This document shows, one piece after another, positions 50,522-59,066 of a stretch of 64,000 nucleotides of DNA. A program made the position numbers and the translations under genes. How positions within the stretch are numbered: the stretch's first letter is position 1; each line of letters starts with the position of its first letter. The notes under the pieces were generated by a model. It saw only the letters and a list, made by a program, of their open reading frames with translations. It did not search any database and had not been told where the DNA came from. The DNA comes from a virus: IMG/VR virus record IMGVR_UViG_3300043395_004689, positions 39,159 through 103,158 of that record; one strand, 5' to 3'.

Positions 50522-50749
50522 ATGTTTGATTTTTACAAGACCTACCAAGCCAACACCAAGTTGGCACAAGATGTTGCTACTGATGTTGTTGCTGCCAGCA
50601 CAGCATTTGCCAAGACACTTTATGATGTAAACACACGCCTAGCTCAGACAGCCCAGGCACAATTTGCCGAAGCTTACAAGAGCATGGAAACATACAAGTT
50701 CCCAGGTTTTGAAGGTACAGCCAAGGCCAGCAAAAAGACCGCAGAATAA
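50522..50749 (+). CDS. Phasin-like small amphipathic protein
   Basis: 75 aa, Ala/Thr/Gln-rich helix, basic tail, PhaR-type box upstream. Confidence 0.6.
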   Translation: MFDFYKTYQANTKLAQDVATDVVAASTAFAKTLYDVNTRLAQTAQAQFAEAYKSMETYKFPGFEGTAKASKKTAE

Positions 50750-51038
50750 TGCTGTCTTTTATAGCAGAAAAAATAAAAGCATTTTTTGAAACAAGTACGG
50801 ACATAGATCGTTTTATAAACAGTAAATGTCCTACTAACTCAGCCGAAGTAGATTATTGGGTGCGTGAATTTCAAAGAATGCAATTTAATCGGAGGCCTTA
50901 TTTTTAATGAAGTACCTAAAAGCATTTTTAAATTTCATTGACAGTCTTCAAAGAGCCAATCATGCAGCTCATTTAGCTAGATCTGGAGACTATGAGGCAG
51001 CTAAACAGGTTATTACACAATAATCTGTTGCCAAACAC

Positions 51039-51074
51039 AAAAGCCCTCTGCTAAATAATGCAGAGGGCTTTTTT
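51039..51074 (+). promoter_or_regulatory. Terminator-like hairpin with TAAATA in the loop and the SD in the 3' arm
   Basis: AAAAGCCCTCTGC-TAAATAAT-GCAGAGGGCTTTT, ATG at 51075. Confidence 0.7.
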
Positions 51075-52154
51075 ATGAAAATTAGTGATTTAGATCAGCC
51101 GAGAATTGGCGACATTGTTGAGTTTGAAACTGACCCAGATACTGTGGTCGAGGGCGTCATTGTTGGCGAAACAGAAGACGGATACATCTACGAATTCAGC
51201 GACACTGGCTACACTGAGCTAGTTGAAACATGTACCTATGGCAAGTATTACTGCTCTACAGACAAGAAGTACAAGTGTCGTCAAGGCCCTAAACAAAGTC
51301 GTGATGTAAGCGAAGATGCCGAGCCTATGGATCGTGAATTTGCGCTGGTCAAAAAGCTAGGCAGATTGGGTGAGCGTATTGTGCAAAATCCCAAACTTTG
51401 GGAAAAATATGACGAAGCTATTGCCAACGACAATATTGACTGGATCATTAGTTTAATACAGGACGAAACCGGTGCCACAGCCAGCGAGGTGTCAAAGCTG
51501 GCTGACTTGTTTGGTGAAATCGGCGGCGGCGTGGGACGACTGACAGATTTTGCTTGGGCTGTGAAAGAAGGCCGCTGGGACGAAGATTTCATGAACCCGT
51601 ACAGAGCGCATAGAAGTCAGGGTGTAGCAGAAGCACACCCCAACAGTAAAATCTACGACAAGTGCTGGGATGGTTATAAGAAAGTCCCTGGTAAGAAGCG
51701 CGGCGAAAAGGGTTCGTGCGTTGAAGAATCCAGCGGATATATTCCTCGCAATAGCAAAGAAGCCCAAGACCCTCGCTGGAGTAGTGCATTAACAGGTGAT
51801 GTAACAACACATACCATGCGCGACCAACTTGCTGATTTTTTTCCTTCTGCCGCACCCAGTGATAGACAACAACAAGTCACTGAAGCAGAGTATCAAGGTC
51901 GCGAAGTTCCGTTGGGTCGCCCAATGCGCGGCGATGTTAAGAAATTCAAAGTCTATGTGCGTGACCCAAAATCTGGTAATGTGAAGAAAATTAACTTTGG
52001 ACACGGCGGTTCAAGTGCAAGACGACTTGGTCAAAAGACCATGCGTATCAAAAAAAGTAATCCAGCAAGACGCAGGAACTTTCGTGCAAGACATCGCTGT
52101 AATACTGCCAAAAACAGAATGACAGCAAGATATTGGAGTTGCAGAGCATGGTAA
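51075..52154 (+). CDS. Modular late protein, probable internal head polyprotein
   Basis: Modules (CWDGYKK, YQGREVPL.RP, FRARH.C...ARYWSC..W) separated by V-x-E. Confidence 0.6.
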   Translation: MKISDLDQPRIGDIVEFETDPDTVVEGVIVGETEDGYIYEFSDTGYTELVETCTYGKYYCSTDKKYKCRQGPKQSRDVSEDAEPMDREFALVKKLGRLGERIVQNPKLWEKYDEAIANDNIDWIISLIQDETGATASEVSKLADLFGEIGGGVGRLTDFAWAVKEGRWDEDFMNPYRAHRSQGVAEAHPNSKIYDKCWDGYKKVPGKKRGEKGSCVEESSGYIPRNSKEAQDPRWSSALTGDVTTHTMRDQLADFFPSAAPSDRQQQVTEAEYQGREVPLGRPMRGDVKKFKVYVRDPKSGNVKKINFGHGGSSARRLGQKTMRIKKSNPARRRNFRARHRCNTAKNRMTARYWSCRAW

Positions 52155-52555
52155 AGAAACTTAACGAAGGCCTAACTAGCCAGAACATTGACACAGAATA
52201 TGATGTTAGTGAAATTCGCAAACTAGCAGGTATTGCCAACAATTCAACAGAAAAAACAGGTGCTGTCCGAGAAAGCCTTCACGTTCAAGACGATCTTACT
52301 GCTGACGAAGCACAGGGCATTGCCGATGACATTGAAGCACAAATGCATGTCATTGCAGAAGCAATGGAAAGCATTGAAATGCTGGTGCGTAATCATTTAC
52401 CCAGTGAATATCGCTACATGGATTCGTACACTTTCCCTCAAATCAAAATCGCACTTGGCGGATATGGTTATGCAGATCGCATGGTAAGATCCTTTGAAAG
52501 CCTAGTTGAAGATTTAAGAGAGTACGCCGAAAATCAAGGCAACGAGGAGATTTGA
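52148..52555 (+). CDS. Hypothetical late protein
   Basis: EIRKLAGI motif. Confidence 0.55.
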   Translation: MVKKLNEGLTSQNIDTEYDVSEIRKLAGIANNSTEKTGAVRESLHVQDDLTADEAQGIADDIEAQMHVIAEAMESIEMLVRNHLPSEYRYMDSYTFPQIKIALGGYGYADRMVRSFESLVEDLREYAENQGNEEI

Positions 52556-52556
52556 T

Positions 52557-52763
52557 TTGGACCAAGTAGATCTAGCACGATTAAAAAAACTTGCTGGTAT
52601 TGAAGAGCCCACTGGTGAAAACGCCAGTCCACTTACACACGGCGGCACAGAAAAAGGCGAATATATGCGAAAGCACAACATTCGTCCGGGGACCGATGAA
52701 TGGTTCCGCTTGTGGTTTGCTCGTCCGGGCCTCACTGGCGAACAGCCAATGAGCAAGGAATAA
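52557..52763 (+). CDS. Hypothetical late protein
   Basis: RLKKLAGI; IRPGTDEWFRLWF. Confidence 0.6.
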   Translation: MDQVDLARLKKLAGIEEPTGENASPLTHGGTEKGEYMRKHNIRPGTDEWFRLWFARPGLTGEQPMSKE

Positions 52764-52840
52764 TTGGACCTAAACTAGCTGGTTGACATTGCGTTTGCAG
52801 GTTGCTATACTGTAGGTAAAGTAACTTGCCAAGGTGAACC

Positions 52841-53266
52841 ATGACAATGCATTTGGTTGGTCCGTATCTAACTACCACCAACTATAAAAAGCGCAAAACC
52901 AAGATGACTCGAGCTAAACAAGCCGAGTTAGATCTGCGCTGGCGCGAGCGTAACAAGTTCCTTAAAAGCATGGGCCTGCCTACAGACACCTTTGAGCAGT
53001 TCCTTGACTATGTGCATGGCAAGAAGGTCCGTGGACCTAAAACAGCCGTTGAACCGTTACAGCGGCCCATGCCTGCATATAGAGAAACAGAACGCATTCC
53101 AAGCTTGCCAATGAGCACCGAAGGCATGCAAAATGCCTGTGCCAAACGGGAGCCAAATCGCTATACCGGAACACTAATCAAAGGTATTGCTACCATGCAC
53201 AAGAGCAATGCGGTGCCAGTCATCAATGATGAGCAGGCACGAGACATCAGCCGTATGCGTCGATAA
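52841..53266 (+). CDS. Conserved phage hypothetical protein
   Basis: YTGTLIKGIATMHKSNAVPV...ISRMRR; promoter TTGACA(52793)-17-TATACT. Confidence 0.75.
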   Translation: MTMHLVGPYLTTTNYKKRKTKMTRAKQAELDLRWRERNKFLKSMGLPTDTFEQFLDYVHGKKVRGPKTAVEPLQRPMPAYRETERIPSLPMSTEGMQNACAKREPNRYTGTLIKGIATMHKSNAVPVINDEQARDISRMRR

Positions 53267-53288
53267 ATATTGTCAAGGAGATCGCACT

Positions 53289-53609
53289 ATGAAAAAGTTT
53301 GCAATCATCGTATTAATGTCCGTGGCTTCGGCTATATTGCTATCTGGTTGTGCTACTCGCACCGGTACAGCTCTATTGGCCGGCGGTGCAGGTGTACTAG
53401 TTGGATCAGCCATTGCCAATGCCCATGCACAACCTAGGACTGTGGTTGTACAAGAGCGTTCTGCTGTGGTTATTGTTGCTGAACAATGCCAGCATTATCC
53501 ACACTACACCGCAGAGCGTGCCGCTTGTGAACGCGGTGCTCGCCAGCGTTATTATGAAGAGCTTCGCCGCCGTGAAAACGAAGCTTACAGAACTGGTTTG
53601 GGCCGTTAA
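53289..53609 (+). CDS. Glycine-zipper lipoprotein
   Basis: AAGGAG SD, lipobox LSGC, GGAGVLVGSAI. Confidence 0.7.
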   Translation: MKKFAIIVLMSVASAILLSGCATRTGTALLAGGAGVLVGSAIANAHAQPRTVVVQERSAVVIVAEQCQHYPHYTAERAACERGARQRYYEELRRRENEAYRTGLGR

Positions 53610-53628
53610 TAGTTAACCAATGCTAAAC

Positions 53629-53801
53629 TGTTGCAAAAATGCCACAGTTTTTGTTGCAAAAATGCCACAATTTAGGGGCTCGCTAAGTCATTGATTTTAT
53701 TAGCATCAGCTAAGTCATTGATTTTTAAGGGTTTTTTAGCCCAAAAAAGTGCTTTTTTAGCCGAAAAAACGGTTGACCTCACGGTCCAGAAGCACTATAA
53801 T
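53629..53801 (+). promoter_or_regulatory. Early promoter module 3 (duplicated boxes)
   Basis: TGTTGCAAAAATGCCACA x2 (53629, 53652); TAAGTCATTGATT x2 (53684, 53711); TTGACC(53773)-17-TATAAT(53796). Confidence 0.8.
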
Positions 53802-53807
53802 AAGAGC

Positions 53808-54137
53808 ATGAACAGTAAGAAACCCACCACCCGCAAGCGCCGCTCAGATCGCAACCATGCGATTTATGAGCTCTATTGCGAAGTTACTGGCGAGAGCTAC
53901 ATTGGTATTACCGTGGTCAGCGGTACTGCTCTTAGCTCAGTTCGTGGCCGCTTTAACCGTCACCTGAGCCGCGCTCGTACAGAGAGCAAAGACTGGCTCT
54001 TGTGCGAGGCTCTGCGTAAATATGGTCGCGAAGGTTTTACTCCGTACCTGCTGGAAGTGGTGCGTGGTAAGACTGCCGCTCACGCTCGCGAGCGTGAGCT
54101 GACTGCTCAACTGAAGCCTGCTCTTAACACACTCTAA
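53808..54137 (+). CDS. GIY-YIG nuclease family protein, probably leaderless
   Basis: AIYEL...SYIG, R...H, E, LN. Confidence 0.8.
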   Translation: MNSKKPTTRKRRSDRNHAIYELYCEVTGESYIGITVVSGTALSSVRGRFNRHLSRARTESKDWLLCEALRKYGREGFTPYLLEVVRGKTAAHARERELTAQLKPALNTL

Positions 54138-54148
54138 GGAGAAGCAAC

Positions 54149-54436
54149 ATGGACCGTCAAAGTTACACCCTTAAGGTCTTCAAGAAGGACCGTCGTTGCC
54201 GCAGTGGCGAGCGCATGGTTGGTACCTATGAGTACACCAATGTCACGCCTCGTTGGATGCAGGAAGAAGTAGCCGATCTGCGCCATGCATTGTATCGTCC
54301 CCAGGATGGTTACCATCTTGAGTTTGACGAAACCTACAAGGTTGTTCGCAACCTTATGAGTGGTGCAGAAGTGGTCATTGCCCGAGATACTCCGCGGTGC
54401 TGTGATCCAAGCTCGGAACTCTACTGGAGTATGTAA
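54149..54436 (+). CDS. Hypothetical early protein
   Basis: AAGGAG SD; NLMSG...DTPRCCDPSSELYWSM. Confidence 0.7.
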   Translation: MDRQSYTLKVFKKDRRCRSGERMVGTYEYTNVTPRWMQEEVADLRHALYRPQDGYHLEFDETYKVVRNLMSGAEVVIARDTPRCCDPSSELYWSM

Positions 54437-54483
54437 CCTTCTGCTGGAGCAGAAGGATGTCACAACGAGCCAAGGAGGCTCAC

Positions 54484-54690
54484 ATGAGAAAACTACTGCA
54501 TACAGCGGTCGCGTTAGGATCGCTGGTTGTGCTCAGCGGTTGTGCAGTACACGGAACAGGCTACACCTATGTGGAACCCAGTCCTGTGTATGTGTCACCG
54601 CCTGTGGTAAGGTACCAGTACTATCGTCCTTACTATTATCATCGTCACTACACTCCGCACTACTATCGACCACGCTACTATTATCGCTGA
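54484..54690 (+). CDS. Small Tyr/Arg-rich lipoprotein
   Basis: AGGAGG SD, lipobox LSGC. Confidence 0.65.
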   Translation: MRKLLHTAVALGSLVVLSGCAVHGTGYTYVEPSPVYVSPPVVRYQYYRPYYYHRHYTPHYYRPRYYYR

Positions 54691-54710
54691 CGGTACAAAG
54701 GAGTCATAAC

Positions 54711-55331
54711 ATGAAGGAGTGGCCAGGCTGGCAGGTTAAACGAATGTTTGACCTAGTGCTGTCAGCCTTGTTGTTGCTTTTACTATCGCCCCTGATGTTG
54801 TTAATTGCTGTGGCTGTGGGGCTACAAGGCAGGCCCATTATATTTTCACACCAACGAGTAGGCCAGGGAGGACGACTGTTTCCTTGCTATAAATTTCGGT
54901 CCATGATTCCCAATGCCGAACAACATCTGCAAACTTTGCTGGCTACTTTCCCAGCCCTGCGGGCTCAATGGGAACAAGATCATAAACTCAAATATGATCC
55001 AAGAGTTACCAGGCTTGGTGCTTTTCTAAGACGAACCAGCTTGGACGAGTTACCTCAGTTGTTCAATGTGTTGCGAGGTGAAATGAGTTTGGTTGGACCA
55101 AGGCCTGTGGTGCAAGCAGAGCTGGAAAAATATGGGCCGGATCAAATCTACTACCTCATGGCCAAGCCCGGCATCACTGGCTTGTGGCAAGTGAGTGGAC
55201 GAAGCGAGCTTGACTATGCCAATCGAGTGGACCTAGACAAGTGGTATGTAAATCATTGGTCCTTGGGCTTTGATTTTTCTATCCTCTACAGGACTGCGGG
55301 CGTGGTGCTAGCAAGGCAGGGCGCCTACTAA
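54711..55331 (+). CDS. Monotopic phosphoglycosyl transferase (bacterial sugar transferase, WbaP/PglC-like)
   Basis: KRMFD, KFRSM, DPRVT, SLDELPQL.NVL.GEMSLVGPRP, PGITGLWQV. Confidence 0.93.
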   Translation: MKEWPGWQVKRMFDLVLSALLLLLLSPLMLLIAVAVGLQGRPIIFSHQRVGQGGRLFPCYKFRSMIPNAEQHLQTLLATFPALRAQWEQDHKLKYDPRVTRLGAFLRRTSLDELPQLFNVLRGEMSLVGPRPVVQAELEKYGPDQIYYLMAKPGITGLWQVSGRSELDYANRVDLDKWYVNHWSLGFDFSILYRTAGVVLARQGAY

Positions 55332-55343
55332 TAAAAGTGTTAC

Positions 55344-55468
55344 AAATCAATGACTTAGCGGGTGTACTAAGTCATTGATTTTTGTGGCAAAAAAACCACA
55401 AAAATCCTGAAAAAAAGTGGTTTTTAGACCAAAAAACGGTTGACCTTTGGTCCTAGCTAGTGCATAAT
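55344..55468 (+). promoter_or_regulatory. Early promoter module 4 (inverted IHF pair)
   Basis: AAATCAATGACTTAG(55344)/CTAAGTCATTGATTT(55367); TGT-N12-ACA 55383-55400; TTGACC(55440)-17-CATAAT(55463). Confidence 0.8.
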
Positions 55469-55499
55469 AGAAGCATAGTAAGCAAAAAGGAGCCACTAA

Positions 55500-56144
55500 A
55501 TGTTTGCATACAAGACCCGTAAGCCCGTGCAAGTTGATGCCGCCCAAAAGCCGGCTGTGGATGCACTGGCCGCTGTCGTTGACAAGCTGAGCCAAAGCGA
55601 TGCCGCTTTTGCCGGCTCCCTGATTGCCAATTTCAACCGCTGGGGAAAGCTCAGCGACAAGCAGATGCCCTGGGTTGATACCCTGACCCAGCGGGCCACT
55701 GCACCCAAGCCCGAACCCAAGGCCTATGTCAATGTTGACTTCAAGCCTATCCAGGACCTTTTTGACACCGCGGCTCGTCGACTCAAGCGAGTCAAAATCA
55801 AGACTCAAGATGCCACGGGTCAGGCTGTGGTTTTCAACCGTGCTGGCCCCAACAGCAAGTATGCGGGCCAGATTATGATCACTGATGGCCAGCCTTTTGG
55901 TCAGAACAAGTTCTTTGGTCGCATCGACACCACAGGCGAGTTCTTTGCAACCCGTGCTGCCACCCAGCAGGTGTGTGAAGCTGTCAAGGACTTTAGCGAT
56001 GATCCGGCCGGTGCCGCGGGTCGCTATGGTAGGCTCACTGGCGGTTGCAGTTTTTGCAATCATGGTCTTACCGATGACCGTAGCCTTGCAGTTGGTTATG
56101 GCCCGGTGTGTGCTCGTAACTTTGGCTTGAAGTGGGGTAACTGA
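55500..56144 (+). CDS. Early protein with C-terminal zinc ribbon (DUF6011-like)
   Basis: LSDKQ; CSFC...LTD..S...GYGPVCA. Confidence 0.75.
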   Translation: MFAYKTRKPVQVDAAQKPAVDALAAVVDKLSQSDAAFAGSLIANFNRWGKLSDKQMPWVDTLTQRATAPKPEPKAYVNVDFKPIQDLFDTAARRLKRVKIKTQDATGQAVVFNRAGPNSKYAGQIMITDGQPFGQNKFFGRIDTTGEFFATRAATQQVCEAVKDFSDDPAGAAGRYGRLTGGCSFCNHGLTDDRSLAVGYGPVCARNFGLKWGN

Positions 56145-56145
56145 A

Positions 56146-56289
56146 ATGCGTATCGTGTTCAACAAGATTCTCAACGGCTGGTACATTGTGCGTGGTCGGC
56201 ATGACACGCCCATCAGTGGCAGGTTTGAAACCAAGGAAGCCGCACTGGCACACCTTCGTCAACGCAACCCGCTTCACGCAGGAGTCTAA
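56146..56289 (+). CDS. 47-aa early protein (not in track)
   Basis: MRIVFNKILNGWYIVRG.H.TPISGRF. Confidence 0.6.
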   Translation: MRIVFNKILNGWYIVRGRHDTPISGRFETKEAALAHLRQRNPLHAGV

Positions 56290-56290
56290 C

Positions 56291-56557
56291 ATGAACCAGG
56301 AGTTACCGCGCATTGCATTAAAGCTCTGTGAGTACGACAAAGGTCGTCGTGTGCTAAAGTTAGCCAGTGAGTTCTTTGGTATGCCCAGTGAGTTCTTTAT
56401 AGTAAGCCATCACACTGGCAAGGAAGTTCGCTTTGTGCCTGTTGGTGAGCACGATGTACTGTTTGACTCGGACCAGTGGGACGGCGAACAGCAGATTTAT
56501 CGTCCCGTAGGCAATGTGCCTGGCGTGGATCACATGGTTATCTATCATCAGTGGTGA
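56291..56557 (+). CDS. Hypothetical early protein
   Basis: AGGAG SD; DQWDGE. Confidence 0.65.
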   Translation: MNQELPRIALKLCEYDKGRRVLKLASEFFGMPSEFFIVSHHTGKEVRFVPVGEHDVLFDSDQWDGEQQIYRPVGNVPGVDHMVIYHQW

Positions 56558-56562
56558 TTAAT

Positions 56563-57105
56563 ATGCTTAAAAAATTAATTGTTACTGCTGTCGTTGGTCT
56601 CAGTATCACTTCCATAGTGCATGTTGGGACTCCTTATATCGCGCTATACCAAGCAAAGTCAACTATTGACTCTGGCGACGAAGCATCTATAAAAATGATG
56701 CTTAAAGAGCATGTGGACTTCAATGAAGTTCGTTCAGATATTAAGAGCATTTTAACCGAAGCTTCAGCTATTATCTTGAATGATCTTGACAAGGACTTAA
56801 CAGGCAATCCTTTTAAAGGATTTGCAAGAGGAATAGCAACCTTAATGATTCCTGCTTTTGTTGAAAATTTACTCAATGAGGTTACCCCCGATCGTATAGC
56901 TACTATGATTGTCAAAAGAGATCAAAATAAAATTACAAACTGTAAAGTAGAGCTAATAGGTTTTGGTAAGGCGCAATATAATTGCTTTGATAATTCTGGA
57001 AAACAGCAGGTTTCATTATTGGCCCAATCCATTGGTTTTACCTGGAAGGTTACTGGTATATCTGTCACTAATAAAGAAGAATTTTTTAAGAGTCTTAAGA
57101 AATGA
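56563..57105 (+). CDS. DUF2939-like exported protein, AT-rich
   Basis: N-terminal TM, PYIAL, VDF.EVR..IK, GFTWKVTGI. Confidence 0.65.
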   Translation: MLKKLIVTAVVGLSITSIVHVGTPYIALYQAKSTIDSGDEASIKMMLKEHVDFNEVRSDIKSILTEASAIILNDLDKDLTGNPFKGFARGIATLMIPAFVENLLNEVTPDRIATMIVKRDQNKITNCKVELIGFGKAQYNCFDNSGKQQVSLLAQSIGFTWKVTGISVTNKEEFFKSLKK

Positions 57106-57365
57106 ACAGCCAAGAAATTCAAACCGCAGTTTACGAATGGGCACAGGCTCAGAACTTCTCTGCACCCTACGGTGTGCTCACTGGCGATCATGTCAACAAG
57201 AAAGGCACCAAGTACCTGAGCGTGACTTTTGGTCGTGCTCGCATTCTAGACGCCACTGTGGAAATTTATAACCGCAATTTTATAATTTTGAGAACCAGCC
57301 GGGAAGTTACCGGGCAGGTGTTTCGTTCTGTTGAGGACCTGCAAACAGCATTGGACCTGCTTTAA
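57102..57365 (+). CDS. Hypothetical protein
   Basis: Coupled ORF. Confidence 0.6.
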   Translation: MNSQEIQTAVYEWAQAQNFSAPYGVLTGDHVNKKGTKYLSVTFGRARILDATVEIYNRNFIILRTSREVTGQVFRSVEDLQTALDLL

Positions 57366-57428
57366 GACTTGACCACTTGCCCAAAATTGTGTAGAATATC
57401 AACTGTAAACTAGAAATTGGAGTAAACT

Positions 57429-57713
57429 ATGAGCCACGGAACTTGCCCTGTTTGTAATGGTACTGGTCGCCGCCCTGCGGGCAATGACCAATACAAGCAT
57501 GTCTATGCTGGGTATGATAAGGAAACTGATACCTTGGCTTGCAATAACTGTGGTGGGCAAACCATGTACGGTCGACCCACGGGTCGTGTTCCGCTTCGGC
57601 CCGATGGCACACCTTGCAAGCATGAATACACCAGTGCTACAGTGGGTCGTTGTTTGACTCGCTATACTTGTAAACATTGTGGCAGTAGCCACGAAATTGA
57701 TTCGGGAGATTGA
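57429..57713 (+). CDS. Zinc-finger protein
   Basis: CPVCNGTG, CNNCGG, CKHC; promoter TTGACC(57369)-17-TAGAAT. Confidence 0.7.
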   Translation: MSHGTCPVCNGTGRRPAGNDQYKHVYAGYDKETDTLACNNCGGQTMYGRPTGRVPLRPDGTPCKHEYTSATVGRCLTRYTCKHCGSSHEIDSGD

Positions 57714-57714
57714 C

Positions 57715-58005
57715 ATGACTACTGTGGTTGATCCAGCAATGGATAAAATATTTAAAGGCACATTCAACATGCCTAGTCCAGTGGCAGTGACCACTATTGG
57801 CAAGCTGACCATCAGTACCGTTGACCTCAATGATGCGGCTTTGGGTCAGGCTGCGTATGAAACCTGTGTTTTCTATCCCAATGGCAACAGCTCAGTGGTT
57901 GGCCGTTGGGTGTCAGAGTCTGAGGCTCTGCAAAATCATGCCAAGATTGTTGAGCATGAAGTTGGCCACATTGTGGCTCGTAAAAAGATCCGCATGATTG
58001 AATAA
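57715..58005 (+). CDS. Hypothetical protein
   Basis: GGAG SD; ISTV...YETCVF. Confidence 0.6.
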   Translation: MTTVVDPAMDKIFKGTFNMPSPVAVTTIGKLTISTVDLNDAALGQAAYETCVFYPNGNSSVVGRWVSESEALQNHAKIVEHEVGHIVARKKIRMIE

Positions 58006-58029
58006 AAAGACCAAGACTCAGATTACCAC

Positions 58030-58057
58030 AGCCTGCTCAATGAGCAGGCTTTTTTTT
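58030..58057 (+). terminator. Rho-independent terminator
   Basis: AGCCTGCTC-aat-GAGCAGGCT followed by T tract. Confidence 0.85.
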
Positions 58058-58213
58058 GACTTTGTTTGACTATCAAGCTACAATGTAGAAACATTAACAA
58101 ATTTTGTAATTTTTGCGTTTTTCGTAGATTTATAATACTGATGTTTATCTACTACTTCCTAAAGGGTTGGCCTTACAGATTTAGTTTTAAGTACTACACT
58201 TGAAAGGCCTCTT

Positions 58214-58906
58214 ATGTTGTATTTTTCAGATTCTCCAGGTTCGCCCATGGTTATAAATTTTAAACCTGATTGGAAAGGGAAGATTCGCCCAGAGTATTTT
58301 GACAAAATACACGAAGAAAATTTTTGTAGTCTGCGAGTGCTTGGAGATCTAAGCAACCTTGGCACAGCTTTATATCTTGCACCTGACCTTATAACTTTCA
58401 ATGCAGACATCTTGCTAACCAACAAATGTTCTCCCAGTGAACTCATGACAACCTTAGATCTATTGTCCAGGCTCATTGGATTAAATAAAAAATATACTGT
58501 TGCCCTTGGCGTTAATGCCAACACACCAAGTAGTCTAATCAAAGAATGCAAGCGAGCTGGAATGCAGGGAATAGTACCCAGCAATGACTGGAATGTTGAT
58601 GAAACATTAACAGCAACCAAAAAGCTATTGAGTGGCGAATCCTACTGGCCTAATCACATCATTGAGAAGTTACCGGGCGCAGTGATTCGTAGTCGGCGAG
58701 CAAGCGAAGAAATACAGCTAACCCCAAGGCAGCAAGAAATCTTAGATTTGATATGCCGGCGTGGTGCTAGCAATAAAAAGATTGCTCAGATCTTACACAT
58801 CAGCGAAAGCACAGTTAAGGTTCACGTGAGTGCAATTTTAAAATCCTACAGAGTAAGAAACCGAACGCAGTTAGCTCTGTCAGGTATACAGACCATGAGT
58901 GTTTAA
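58214..58906 (+). CDS. LuxR/NarL-type HTH regulator with degenerate receiver domain
   Basis: LTPRQQEIL...G.SNKKIA..L.ISESTVKVHVSAIL....VRNRTQ; promoter TTGACT(58056)-17-TACAAT(58079). Confidence 0.88.
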   Translation: MLYFSDSPGSPMVINFKPDWKGKIRPEYFDKIHEENFCSLRVLGDLSNLGTALYLAPDLITFNADILLTNKCSPSELMTTLDLLSRLIGLNKKYTVALGVNANTPSSLIKECKRAGMQGIVPSNDWNVDETLTATKKLLSGESYWPNHIIEKLPGAVIRSRRASEEIQLTPRQQEILDLICRRGASNKKIAQILHISESTVKVHVSAILKSYRVRNRTQLALSGIQTMSV

Positions 58907-58927
58907 ATCCCCGTCAAGGGGATTTTT
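58905..58927 (+). terminator. Rho-independent terminator
   Basis: AAATCCCC-gtcaa-GGGGATTT followed by Ts. Confidence 0.75.
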
Positions 58928-59066
58928 ATGAGTTGGTTTTCTAATACTGGAGTTAATATCATACTTTAGCTAGATCAAGGTCAGCTGTTTTTATTCTAAG
59001 TAATTGTGTTACCGCAAATAAATTGATTTTATTGTAGTGACATTTTTACTTAAAGGAAAAATTAAC

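Noticed and set aside
53629-53723. Direct repeats as a mini CRISPR array
   Set aside because: Only two copies of each repeat, spacers of 5 and about 10-14 nt, no cas genes; better explained as promoter boxes.
54360-54710. N-terminal extension of the sugar transferase
   Set aside because: Overlaps two better-supported genes; SD-led ATG at 54711.
55347-56234. 295-aa minus-strand ORF
   Set aside because: Antisense shadow of 55500-56144 crossing a promoter; no motifs.
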